A DNA stretch of 64,000 bases, from IMG/VR virus record IMGVR_UViG_3300035670_000036. One strand, 5' to 3'. Source of the DNA: an uncultured virus (IMG/VR IMGVR_UViG_3300035670_000036) (Duplodnaviria; Heunggongvirae; Uroviricota; Caudoviricetes). This document shows, piece by piece, positions 1-9,475 of this stretch (the stretch's first letter is position 1; each line of letters begins with the position of its first letter). A model generated the notes under the pieces. That model was not told the origin of the DNA. It searched no databases and was given only the letters and a program-made list of their open reading frames with translations. The translations under genes and the position numbers were made by a program.

Positions 1-2
1 TA

Positions 3-1100
3 GCGGGACCGCAAGGAAACCAAGGACCACAAGGTAATCAAGGACCTAGCATAACAGGACCACAAGGTTTTCAGGGAAGACAAGGACCACAGGGGATACA
101 AGGTACAGTAGGTACACAGGGTTTTCAGGGAAGACAAGGCCCGCAGGGAAACCAAGGACCACAAGGTCTTACGGGTAATCCAAGTACTATTCCAGGTCCT
201 AAGGGAAATACAGGAAATACTGGATCTAAAGGACAAAAAGGAGAAATAGGCCCTACAGGCGCACCAGGTCCTAAGGGAAATACAGGAAATACTGGATCTA
301 AAGGACAAAAAGGAGAAATAGGCCCTACAGGCGCACCAGGTCCTAAGGGAAATACAGGAAATACCGGTTCTAAAGGACAAAAAGGAGAAATAGGCGCACC
401 AGGTCCTAAGGGAAATACAGGAAATACTGGATCTAAAGGACAAAAAGGAGAAATAGGACCACGTGGAAATGATAGTTTTGTCCCAGGCCCTAAAGGCAGT
501 ACTGGACCACAGGGAAATCAAGGCTCTACGGGACCTTCCGGTAATCCAGGACCGCAAGGATTTATGGGACTTACAGGCCCTACGGGAGCCAGAGGACCGC
601 AGGGAGACATTGGACCTACAGGACCTACAGGAAGTACAGGAGGCGCGGGCCCTCCCGGCCCAAAGGGTCAAAAAGGACAAAAAGGAGAGAGAGGTATAGG
701 AGGTCCTTTCGCAGCCTTTTCAGACAGGAGGCTAAAAAAAGATATAGAAGAAATAGATCCTGTATTAGAACAACTATATAGCATAAAACCTGTTAATTAT
801 AATTGGAATACAGATGAAATGAAAGGTGTTATTTTAGAAGTAAATAAAACATCCTCATCTCATAGAATTCCTTCTAACTTATATGGCAAAGAAGTAGGTA
901 TTATAGCTCAAGATATAACGGATGGACTTAAAACAGGTCTATTAAAGGAGTTTAAGATAGAAGGACAAAAAGGAGTTCTAGCTGTCAACTATGATAAACT
1001 TTCGGTGTATAATCTAAAAGCTATACAGGAATTATATGATTTAATAAAGGATTTAACTAAAAGAGTTACAAAATTAGAAAAAGGAGAAAATCATGAGTAA
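3..1100 (+). CDS. Collagen-like (Gly-X-Y) fibre protein with C-terminal peptidase S74 intramolecular chaperone; 5'-partial
   Basis: The frame of ORF 564..1100 stays open back to position 3: [13 protein letters not shown]...[24 protein letters not shown]...[18 protein letters not shown]. It is followed by the S74 signature SDRRLKKDI...GIIAQD...VNYDKL...KAIQEL and a coiled-coil end. Confidence 0.92.
   Translation, partial: AGPQGNQGPQGNQGPSITGPQGFQGRQGPQGIQGTVGTQGFQGRQGPQGNQGPQGLTGNPSTIPGPKGNTGNTGSKGQKGEIGPTGAPGPKGNTGNTGSKGQKGEIGPTGAPGPKGNTGNTGSKGQKGEIGAPGPKGNTGNTGSKGQKGEIGPRGNDSFVPGPKGSTGPQGNQGSTGPSGNPGPQGFMGLTGPTGARGPQGDIGPTGPTGSTGGAGPPGPKGQKGQKGERGIGGPFAAFSDRRLKKDIEEIDPVLEQLYSIKPVNYNWNTDEMKGVILEVNKTSSSHRIPSNLYGKEVGIIAQDITDGLKTGLLKEFKIEGQKGVLAVNYDKLSVYNLKAIQELYDLIKDLTKRVTKLEKGENHE
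192..458 (+). repeat. Coding tandem repeat: four near-identical units (72, 72, 63 and ~60 bp) encoding [20 protein letters not shown](PTGA)
   Basis: ccaggtcctaagggaaatacaggaaatac... starts at 192, 264, 336 and 399. The third unit lacks one triplet. Confidence 0.95.
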
Positions 1101-1725
1101 ACTAAGAAATGTAGAAGCAGTAAAAAAACTTCTAATAGGAGAACATAAAACCCAGAACAGAACAACCATAGGATATCGGAAGAAAGAAGATTCCGAAATA
1201 AGAAATGTAGGAGATATATGGGAAGACGTTTCACCTATGGGTCATGTAACGGAATGGGAGCAAAGAGACGGATATAAAGTAAAAAGATCTAAGGGCGTTA
1301 GGGAAATACTAAAGGAATTAGATAGTATAAGTAAATTTCCTAATTGTTTAGATACATGTGATAGCAAACTTTTCGGTCAAGCAGATTTTAAATTAGGAAA
1401 AAAGACAGGAAGATGTTTGGAATGTACAATAAAATATGAAGCAGAACTTAAGCTAAATGGAAAATTTGATACTTATGTTCATGATAAAAAGAAAGAGAAT
1501 GCAGTATCATTTCTAAAAGAAGCATCTAAAGAAGTAGAAGTTTTATTAAGATCATTTGATAACATGGGATATTCTCATGCAGATGGATCTATTGAAAAAT
1601 GGTCAATCGAAAATAAAGAATCATTTTTAGAAAAGATTAAATCAGATTTTAATGATTTAAGAAATGAGATTATGGAAACATATAATATAAATGAAAAAGA
1701 TTTAAATATAGATGTCAACGAATAA
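1093..1725 (+). CDS. Hypothetical phage protein upstream of terminase (Cys motifs CLDTC, CLEC)
   Basis: 210-aa ORF overlapping both neighbours; no recognisable family. Confidence 0.75.
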   Translation: MSKLRNVEAVKKLLIGEHKTQNRTTIGYRKKEDSEIRNVGDIWEDVSPMGHVTEWEQRDGYKVKRSKGVREILKELDSISKFPNCLDTCDSKLFGQADFKLGKKTGRCLECTIKYEAELKLNGKFDTYVHDKKKENAVSFLKEASKEVEVLLRSFDNMGYSHADGSIEKWSIENKESFLEKIKSDFNDLRNEIMETYNINEKDLNIDVNE

Positions 1726-3292
1726 AGTAAAATTAGCGATAGCTCAGGAGTATAAAAAATGTGCAAAAGATCCAATATATTTTACTAAAAAATATTGTAA
1801 GATAGAGCATCCAAAGAAAGGTAGAATTTTATTTGGTCTTTATCCATTTCAAGAGACTACATTAGAAAAAATGTACAAAGAAAGGTACATTATTATAAAT
1901 AAGGGGAGGCAGTTAGGAATTTCTACGTTATCAGCTGCATTCATTTTGCATAATATGATATTTAACAATGGATATAAAGTTCTTATTATTGCAACTAAAC
2001 AAGATGTAGCAAAAAATTTAGTTCATAAAATTAGATTGATGCATGATTTTTTACCTTCATGGTTAAAACAAGAAACCTTAGAGGATAATAAAATGATGCT
2101 CAGATTTAAAAATAATGGATCTAGCGTAAAAGCAGTATCATCTAGTCCGGATTCAGCGAGGTCAGAAGCATTGTCTTTATTAGTTATAGATGAAGCAGCA
2201 CACATTACCAATTCAGAAGAAATATGGACAGCTGCACAATCTACATTAGCGACAGGAGGTAGTTGTATATTACTATCCACACCCAATGGAGTAGGTAATT
2301 TATTTCATAGAATTTGGCAAGAATCTTTAAATGGAGGAGATTTTACTTCCATATTTTTACCATGGACCGTTCATCCGGAAAGGGATTGGAAGTGGAGAAA
2401 GGAGCAAGACATTTTATTAGGAGAAAAGGCAGCAGCCCAGGAATGCGATGGTGACTTCTTAACATCAGGACATACTGTAGTTGACGGTAGTATATTAGTC
2501 TGGTATGAAAATAATTGTGTAAAAGACCCTATTGAAAAAAGAGGTGAGACTGGAGATTTATGGGTATGGAAGTACCCTGAGAGTGATTGTACCTATGTTG
2601 TATGTGCGGATGTATCTAGGGGAGATTCTTCTGACTTTTCTGCTTTTCATGTTTTAAATATAGAAACGTTAGAACAAGTTGCAGAATTTAAGAGTATGAT
2701 TGGCACCACCGAATTTGGACATTTGTTGATGAGTATAGCCTCCGAGTATAATGGGGCTTTACTTGCTATTGAAAATGCTTATGTTGGTTGGGCAGTTTTA
2801 CAAACTATTATAGATTTAGGGTATCAGAATTTGTATTATACTTTCAGAAATGACCCTTTTGTTGATCCAGACGTGCATGTTAACATAAATCAAGACTATT
2901 TACTTAAGGACAACATGGTTCCGGGATTTACTACATCTACTAAAACAAGACCCGTAATGATTTCTAAACTAGAAACATATTATAGAGAGAAATCTCCAAT
3001 AGTATATAGTAAGAGATTAATACAGGAATTGTTTACTTTTGTTTGGAAAGACCATAAAGCAGAAGCTAGAGATGGATATAATGACGACTTAGTTATGTCT
3101 TTCGCTATTGGACTTTGGGTTAGGGATACTTCCTTGAAAATGAAAACCCTGGGTTTAAGTTTTTCTAGGTCTTTGCTAAGTAACACAACAAAAACTATAT
3201 ACACCCCAAGTAACATTAATAAAGTGCATGATTCTTGGTCTATGAAAACTAGAGGTAATGAATCAGAAAGTTTAACTTGGCTTATAAAATAA
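1712..3292 (+). CDS. terL: Terminase large subunit (T4 gp17-like)
   Basis: Walker A-like KGRQLGIST, Walker B LLVIDEAAH, coupling motif LSTPNG, nuclease ADVSRGDSSDFS and GYNDDLVMS. Confidence 0.96.
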   Translation: MSTNKVKLAIAQEYKKCAKDPIYFTKKYCKIEHPKKGRILFGLYPFQETTLEKMYKERYIIINKGRQLGISTLSAAFILHNMIFNNGYKVLIIATKQDVAKNLVHKIRLMHDFLPSWLKQETLEDNKMMLRFKNNGSSVKAVSSSPDSARSEALSLLVIDEAAHITNSEEIWTAAQSTLATGGSCILLSTPNGVGNLFHRIWQESLNGGDFTSIFLPWTVHPERDWKWRKEQDILLGEKAAAQECDGDFLTSGHTVVDGSILVWYENNCVKDPIEKRGETGDLWVWKYPESDCTYVVCADVSRGDSSDFSAFHVLNIETLEQVAEFKSMIGTTEFGHLLMSIASEYNGALLAIENAYVGWAVLQTIIDLGYQNLYYTFRNDPFVDPDVHVNINQDYLLKDNMVPGFTTSTKTRPVMISKLETYYREKSPIVYSKRLIQELFTFVWKDHKAEARDGYNDDLVMSFAIGLWVRDTSLKMKTLGLSFSRSLLSNTTKTIYTPSNINKVHDSWSMKTRGNESESLTWLIK

Positions 3293-3296
3293 AAAA

Positions 3297-5222
3297 ATGG
3301 ATAATTCAATACAAGCAAAACTAAAGAGATTATTCTCTACACAAGTAATTGTTAGGAGAATCGGAAAAGATAGAATTAAAGTAATTGATACCTCAAGGCT
3401 ACAAGGAGGGGGAGGAAGAGATAAGACAGCTTATGTAGACAGATTTTCCGGTCTTCATACTACTAGACAATACGGATATTCTCCTAACAATAACACTATA
3501 AACTTTCACTCTTCTAAACTCCAGATATTTACAGATTATGAGGCAATGGATACAGATCCTATTATTGCATCTGCTTTAGATATATACGCAGACGAGAGCA
3601 CTGTAATGTCTGTAGAAGGAGATTTATTAAACATAAGTACTCCAAATGAAAATATTAAAAAAATTCTATACAATTTATTTTACGATATATTAAATATAGA
3701 ATACAATCTTTGGAGTTGGACAAGATCTTTATGTAAATACGGAGATTTTTATTTATATTTGGACATAGAAGAAGGTATCGGAATCAAGAATGTAATACCA
3801 CTTTCAGCCTATGAGGTAAGAAGAACAGAGGGAACAAATCCTGATAATCCTTATGAAGTAAAATTTATATATGAAGGATTGCATACTACACAAATGAGTC
3901 CTATTATTTATCGAAATGAAGAAAGAAAAAATAAAGAATTAGATTATCATGAAGTAGCACATTTTAGATTATTATCTGATAGTAATTTTTTACCTTACGG
4001 AAGAAGTCAAATAGAACCTGCAAGAAAGATTTTCAAAATGCTAACTTTGATGGAGGATGCCATGTTAATTCATAGAATAATGAGAGCTCCAGAAAGAAGA
4101 GTATTTAAAATTAATGTTGGTAGTATTCCGCCTAACGAAGTAGATAACTACATGTCAACTATTATATCGGCAATGAAAAAAACACCTTATGTCGATGAAA
4201 GAACAGGAGATTATAATTTAAAATTTAATCTTCAGAACATGTTAGAGGACTATTATTTACCAGTAAGAGGCAAAGATGCTAGTAGTGAAATAACAACATT
4301 ACCGGGTCTAGGCAATCAAGGGTTTATGGATGATATCGAGTATGTTCGGAATAGAATGATGGCAGCCTTAAAAATACCTAAGCCTTTCTTGGGATACGAC
4401 AAAGACACAGAAGGTAAGTCTATGATTGCCGCCGAGGACGTTAGATTTGCTAGAACTATAGAAAGGATACAGAAAATAATTGTATCGGAGTTAAATAAAA
4501 TTGCTATTATTCATTTATATACTCAAGGATATAAAAACGAGGAATTGGTTGATTTTTCTCTTTCTTTAAACAATCCTTCTTTAGTTTATGAAAGACAGAA
4601 AGTAGAAATATTAACAGAGAAAATGAATTTAGCTCTAGTAATGCAAGATTCTAAATTATTCTCTAGAAAATATATCCATGAAAACTTATTTAAATTATCG
4701 GAATCAGAAAGATTAGTAGAGGAAGAATTGATTATTGAGGATTTAATGACTACTTTTAGACACTCTCAAATAGAAACAGAAGGTAATGACCCAAAACTAT
4801 CAGGTCAAAGTTTCGGAACTCCACATGATATGATGTCATTAAAATTAGCATCTAAAGGAAATGAAGTTGATGCACTAACATTTGATGATGGAGAAAAATT
4901 AGAATTTGCAGACACCGAGGATAATCGAGGAAGACCCAAGAGAATTGGTACATTTGGTACAAAAGATGATAAAGTTAATGGTAGAGATTCTATGGGAGAC
5001 AGAGATATGAAATCTAACTTAGAAGGAGAAAGAGATCCTTTAAAAGCAAGAAAAAGAGAGAATCCAATTAATTTAGAGTCTAAACTATTTAATTCTCTCA
5101 GAAGACAATTTGATAGTCCTCTAAGAAATAAGAATCTAATTATCGAAAAATCATTTAAAGAAAATGAAAAAGCAGCGGGTACCGATTTGCTAAGTGAAAA
5201 TAACTTGTTAGATTTAGAGTGA
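3297..5222 (+). CDS. Portal protein (T4 gp20-like)
   Basis: LMEDAMLIHRIMRAPERRVFKINVG, EDYYLPVRG, ITTLPG, DDIEY...ALKIPK, EDVRFARTIERIQ; follows terL. Confidence 0.94.
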   Translation: MDNSIQAKLKRLFSTQVIVRRIGKDRIKVIDTSRLQGGGGRDKTAYVDRFSGLHTTRQYGYSPNNNTINFHSSKLQIFTDYEAMDTDPIIASALDIYADESTVMSVEGDLLNISTPNENIKKILYNLFYDILNIEYNLWSWTRSLCKYGDFYLYLDIEEGIGIKNVIPLSAYEVRRTEGTNPDNPYEVKFIYEGLHTTQMSPIIYRNEERKNKELDYHEVAHFRLLSDSNFLPYGRSQIEPARKIFKMLTLMEDAMLIHRIMRAPERRVFKINVGSIPPNEVDNYMSTIISAMKKTPYVDERTGDYNLKFNLQNMLEDYYLPVRGKDASSEITTLPGLGNQGFMDDIEYVRNRMMAALKIPKPFLGYDKDTEGKSMIAAEDVRFARTIERIQKIIVSELNKIAIIHLYTQGYKNEELVDFSLSLNNPSLVYERQKVEILTEKMNLALVMQDSKLFSRKYIHENLFKLSESERLVEEELIIEDLMTTFRHSQIETEGNDPKLSGQSFGTPHDMMSLKLASKGNEVDALTFDDGEKLEFADTEDNRGRPKRIGTFGTKDDKVNGRDSMGDRDMKSNLEGERDPLKARKRENPINLESKLFNSLRRQFDSPLRNKNLIIEKSFKENEKAAGTDLLSENNLLDLE

Positions 5223-5240
5223 TTTAGATAAACATTATAA

Positions 5241-5248
5241 TATTTATT
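5241..5248 (+). promoter_or_regulatory. TATTTATT intergenic motif (putative phage late promoter)
   Basis: One of seven intergenic TATTTATW copies lying shortly upstream of gene starts. Confidence 0.4.
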
Positions 5249-5289
5249 TAAAATAATTTCTTTTAATAAGAAATTCACAACTATAAAAA

Positions 5290-6123
5290 ATGAAGAAAAT
5301 AAAACACAAAAAGCACCGAAATACGGGATTGATTTTTGAAATGTTAGTGAAAAAAATGACTAGCAATGTATTACAAGGAGAAGGGATAAATGAAATATCT
5401 TCAATTATAAAAAAACACTTTTCAAATAATTCAGAGATTAGACAGGAGTTGACTTTCTATCAAATGTTAACCAAAGAGAAAGTAAATAGCCCTAGTCTTG
5501 CTAATGAATTAATTGAATCTATAAAAGAAGCTAGAAACTCTTTAGACCTAGAAAAATTAAATAAAGAGAAATACAGATTATACAAAGACATTACATCATA
5601 TTTCGGCGGGGATTCTTTCTTCGACATAAAAGTAGAAAACTATCAGAACTATGCTAGCATCTACACATTATTCGAATACAACCAATCAGACAATCCTCCA
5701 GTGATGGTCTCAAATAAACAAAATCTAATAGAATGTATATGCAATGTAGAACCATCTAGTACCATGTCATCTGAATACTTAACAGAATCAGAAGATATAA
5801 GATTGTCAGCATTTGAGATAATGATTGAAAAGTATAATGATAAATACAATGGTCTATTAAGTGAGCAAAAAACATTATTAGGCAATTATATAAACATGGA
5901 AACTTCATCAGATGAATTTAAAACATTTATTGCATCTGAAACAAATAGATTAAAAGAATCTATTAATAACATTATTCCTAAGATTGAAAATACAACATCA
6001 TCAAATAAGTTAAATGAAATGATAGATGTATTAGATCAAATAAATAATGCAAAATACATCACAGAAGACCATATACATGTTATCATGAAATATTATGAGT
6101 TTGTAAATGTTATAGCAAAGTGA
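5290..6123 (+). CDS. Hypothetical head-module protein
   Basis: 277-aa helical ORF between portal and protease; basic N-terminus KKIKHKKHRNTGLIFE. Confidence 0.75.
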   Translation: MKKIKHKKHRNTGLIFEMLVKKMTSNVLQGEGINEISSIIKKHFSNNSEIRQELTFYQMLTKEKVNSPSLANELIESIKEARNSLDLEKLNKEKYRLYKDITSYFGGDSFFDIKVENYQNYASIYTLFEYNQSDNPPVMVSNKQNLIECICNVEPSSTMSSEYLTESEDIRLSAFEIMIEKYNDKYNGLLSEQKTLLGNYINMETSSDEFKTFIASETNRLKESINNIIPKIENTTSSNKLNEMIDVLDQINNAKYITEDHIHVIMKYYEFVNVIAK

Positions 6124-6494
6124 AAAATATAAAAAATAATAAAGAAGCATTCATGAAATACCTATTTGAGTCTTTAAATAAAAGTTTTAAAGTGGGTGGC
6201 CCCGCCGAATCTTCTTCTAAATACTTACCTATTGACGATGAAGATGGAGTTAAAACTGAAATGAATGTAACAAGTAACCTAGATGGCGGCGAAGGTCCTC
6301 CAAGAACTCCGTTAGTATTCAAAAGAAGAAAACCGGAGACAAAGGAAAAACCTTACAAGTTTATAAAGAAAACAACTTTCAATAAAATAGAGCGGGATAA
6401 AGAAAAACAAAAAACCACTCCATTTTTAAAACAAGAATCCGTAATAAATTTTATAGACGAATTCTTAAAAAATCTAAATAATGGCACAAAATAG
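6120..6494 (+). CDS. Hypothetical head-module protein
   Basis: 124-aa ORF (GTG start) overlapping both neighbours. Confidence 0.6.
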   Translation: MKNIKNNKEAFMKYLFESLNKSFKVGGPAESSSKYLPIDDEDGVKTEMNVTSNLDGGEGPPRTPLVFKRRKPETKEKPYKFIKKTTFNKIERDKEKQKTTPFLKQESVINFIDEFLKNLNNGTK

Positions 6495-7095
6495 AGTACT
6501 CCTAATAGACTCCATATCTACTTTTAATCCTGTTAGCTGTGTATTAAATGAATCCAAAGGTAAAAACGGCGGACTACTAGTTAAAGGAATATTACAAAGA
6601 GCTAACTCCGTAAATCATAATAAGAGAATGTACCCTCGAAAATTGATGGATGAGCAAGTTAATAAATATAAGGATAAAATAAAAGAGGGTATAGCTTACG
6701 GAGAATTGGATCATCCGGAGAGAGCTGAAACCTGGTTATCGGAAGTATCTCATATAGTTAGAGATATTTGGTGGGAGGGAGATGATATATACGGTATTGC
6801 TGAAATTTTAGACTGGACCCCAAAAGGAAATTTATTAAAGCAATATTTCGAAAAAGGACACACGGCCGGAATAAGTTCTCGAGGAGTTGGAAGTTTAAGG
6901 GAAGCCGGACTTAGAAATGGTGCGCCTTATTATGAAGTTGGAGAAGATTATGAAATGGTAGCTTTTGACTTTGTATCTAATCCATCTACACAAGGAGCAT
7001 TTATGTCACCTGTAGTAATGAAAGAATCTAAAAGTTATTTTATAAATGTTGACACGCTAGCTGATGAAATCTTGAACATGTCAAAAATACTATAA
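6481..7095 (+). CDS. Prohead core protease (T4 gp21-like)
   Basis: NHNKRMYP, GELDHP (catalytic His), SHIV, GISSRGVGS (catalytic Ser), FDFVSNPSTQGAF. Confidence 0.95.
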   Translation: MAQNRVLLIDSISTFNPVSCVLNESKGKNGGLLVKGILQRANSVNHNKRMYPRKLMDEQVNKYKDKIKEGIAYGELDHPERAETWLSEVSHIVRDIWWEGDDIYGIAEILDWTPKGNLLKQYFEKGHTAGISSRGVGSLREAGLRNGAPYYEVGEDYEMVAFDFVSNPSTQGAFMSPVVMKESKSYFINVDTLADEILNMSKIL

Positions 7096-8408
7096 TGCCA
7101 TCTGTAATATTTATGTCTTCTGATTTTAAGTTTAATAAGGACTTAAGTGATAAATTTAAATTTGTAAAAGACGAGGAGGGCAAAATTATTAAAGAGAGAA
7201 GCAATACATTTGTAAATTCTCAAATGAAAGAAAGGCTAAGTAAATTATTAGATAAGGAAACAAATATAATAACAAAGGAATTTCAATCTGCTTTAAAAAA
7301 CAATAGAAAAATAAATTTAAAAAAAAGTGTAAAAGTTATTAAAAACCTAGAAAATTTCTATAAAAATACGGAATCTATCATAAAAAATAGTAAAATTATA
7401 ATAGTATCTGACGTAGAAACTAGAAAATTATTTACAAAAAAAATAACTCCTGGAGGTGTAAATAGAGATACTTTCTTAGCTAGAATAGACAAAGTAGCAG
7501 AAAGAAATGGCTTAGTAGCAAAAAAATATTTGCTTTTATATTCTTACGATATAAATAAGGTATATAACGAAGACGAGTTTACTAAATTAGTTTCAAGCAC
7601 AAGAGAGCAATATGTTAAAAGTTCTGATTCTGGAGCAGGTTTTATGACTCAAGTGGATAAAGGAGACAAAAGTAAATTTATAGAATATAACATGGGAGAT
7701 TTTTTAAGTAGTGCTCCCGTCGGTGTTGAAGAATATAAAGGAGTAGAAGATGTTTTAAAAAAAGAAGAAGAAGCGAGTGAAGAGGCTGTTATAAATGATA
7801 TTATAAAATTACAAAAAAAAGCCAAAGAAAATACAAAAATACTATTTAAACCCACAGGAAACATAGTAAAAGATTTAAAAATAGCAATAGGAAACAATTT
7901 ATTACTAAAAGTAAAATACTTTAGCGACAGTAACACAGAAGAATTAGCTACAGGAGTTAGATTGATAGAGCCCGTAGCATTAGGACAATCTAAGCGAAAT
8001 GCTAGTAAAGGATTAGCCCTGAGAGCTTGGTTAAAAAAGGGAGATACAAATAATCCAAAAGATAGACCGGGATGGAGATTTTTATATGTAGGAAACATAA
8101 AAAGTATAGAATTTACAGGAGATGTTTTTAATTATAAAAGACCTTCATACAACAGTACAGGAGATAAATGGATGGCATCTATTGTAGCTATAGCATCTTT
8201 TGACACAACTAGAATTTACGGTAAAGGCAGAAAAGCTGAAATATATACGTCAACAGTAAAAAGACTGACTTTACTTATATCTGAATCTTCCGGAAAACAA
8301 GCTAGAACTTATGTAAAGAAATTATTAGAAATAAAAAAGAATCATGAGAGTGGTAAACAAGTCTTAGGATACGCTGATAGAGAATTATTATACTCATATT
8401 TCAAATAA
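7095..8408 (+). CDS. Hypothetical protein with C-terminal WYL-like domain
   Basis: The C-terminal segment VRLIEPVALG...LRAW...PGWRFLYVGNIKSIEFT resembles the WYL SH3-like pattern (R.i.P..l / w.l.a / R.f.l.rI..i). Confidence 0.55.
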   Translation: MPSVIFMSSDFKFNKDLSDKFKFVKDEEGKIIKERSNTFVNSQMKERLSKLLDKETNIITKEFQSALKNNRKINLKKSVKVIKNLENFYKNTESIIKNSKIIIVSDVETRKLFTKKITPGGVNRDTFLARIDKVAERNGLVAKKYLLLYSYDINKVYNEDEFTKLVSSTREQYVKSSDSGAGFMTQVDKGDKSKFIEYNMGDFLSSAPVGVEEYKGVEDVLKKEEEASEEAVINDIIKLQKKAKENTKILFKPTGNIVKDLKIAIGNNLLLKVKYFSDSNTEELATGVRLIEPVALGQSKRNASKGLALRAWLKKGDTNNPKDRPGWRFLYVGNIKSIEFTGDVFNYKRPSYNSTGDKWMASIVAIASFDTTRIYGKGRKAEIYTSTVKRLTLLISESSGKQARTYVKKLLEIKKNHESGKQVLGYADRELLYSYFK

Positions 8409-8454
8409 AATCAATAAAATCATTTAAAAATAGCATTTTAGAAAAAATGTATAA

Positions 8455-8462
8455 TATTTATT
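8455..8462 (+). promoter_or_regulatory. TATTTATT intergenic motif (putative late promoter for scaffold-capsid)
   Basis: Recurrent motif; lies in the 139-bp gap upstream of the scaffold gene. Confidence 0.4.
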
Positions 8463-8547
8463 GATAACAATATCTTGTTTAATATAAGATTAAACGATTA
8501 TAAAATATATTTAAGATTTACAATAGTCTTACAATCAAAATAGTAAC

Positions 8548-9471
8548 ATGAACGATCTATTAAAATCCGCAATTGCCGATGCAAAAGCTATAAAAGAAAC
8601 AGCTATGCAAAACGCAAAAGCAACTCTCGAAGAGTCAATTCTATCTAAAGTTTCTCCGCTTCTTGAAAGTAAACATGAGGAAGAAGAAGAAGAAGTAGAA
8701 GAAGGAAAAAAAGAAATGAAAGAGGCATTTCCTAAAAAGATGGATGACAAAAACAAAAAGCCTTACATGGAAGCTGAAGAGACTGATGATGATAAAGACG
8801 ACACAAACGAGGCTTATGAAGAAGAAGAAGAAGGAAAAGACAAGCAAGACGAATCAGCTAGTTTAGAAGAAATTCTAGCGGAACTAGAAGAGGAGTTAAA
8901 ATCATCTAACATTGGATCCGGAGATAACAAAATGGACAAGTATGATAGCGATACAGAAGACCCTCAAGGTCCTAAGTATTTTAGTCGAAACGAAGTCTTG
9001 ACTGCCTTAGAATCAATGTTTTCAGAAGCTATTGGAGACAAAAAAGAAGATGAAGAGAAGGATGATGAAGAAAAAGTATCAGAAATGAAAAAAGAACTAG
9101 AAGAGGCTTATGAAGTTGTAAATCAACTCAAAGGAATGCTTCAGGAAGTTAATCTTTTAAATTCTAAATTACTTTATACTTCTAAACTTTTCCGCAACTA
9201 TGCTTTATCAGAAAATCAGAAGAAAGATATTTTAGAAAACTTTGAGCGTGTAGTAACAATCAGGGAGGCTAAATTATTATATTCTACTTATGCTAAAGTA
9301 CATGAAGGTGTAGATGCAAATAAAGGTAAAAAATCTAAGAATATTACTGAATCTTTTGCTTCAAAACCAACCAACAGTACAGCTCCTTCTGCTGCTACTA
9401 AATCAAATATTGTAAATGAATCAAACAATCTACGTGCAAGATTACAAGAACTTGCAGGTATAATTAAGTAA
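8548..9471 (+). CDS. Prohead scaffolding/core protein (T4 gp22-like position)
   Basis: Very acidic and coiled-coil; directly upstream of the major capsid gene; ends RLQELAGI. Confidence 0.8.
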   Translation: MNDLLKSAIADAKAIKETAMQNAKATLEESILSKVSPLLESKHEEEEEEVEEGKKEMKEAFPKKMDDKNKKPYMEAEETDDDKDDTNEAYEEEEEGKDKQDESASLEEILAELEEELKSSNIGSGDNKMDKYDSDTEDPQGPKYFSRNEVLTALESMFSEAIGDKKEDEEKDDEEKVSEMKKELEEAYEVVNQLKGMLQEVNLLNSKLLYTSKLFRNYALSENQKKDILENFERVVTIREAKLLYSTYAKVHEGVDANKGKKSKNITESFASKPTNSTAPSAATKSNIVNESNNLRARLQELAGIIK

Positions 9472-9475
9472 AAAT

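Noticed and set aside
192..458. Direct repeats as a possible CRISPR array
   Set aside because: The units are contiguous, in-frame multiples of 3 with no unique spacers; this is a coding repeat.
463..699. 78-aa ORF in the track
   Set aside because: Out-of-frame shadow of the collagen repeat; the Gly-X-Y frame is the real gene.
564..1100. ATG at 564 as the start of the fibre gene
   Set aside because: The frame is open and collagen-like from the window edge, so the gene is 5'-partial.
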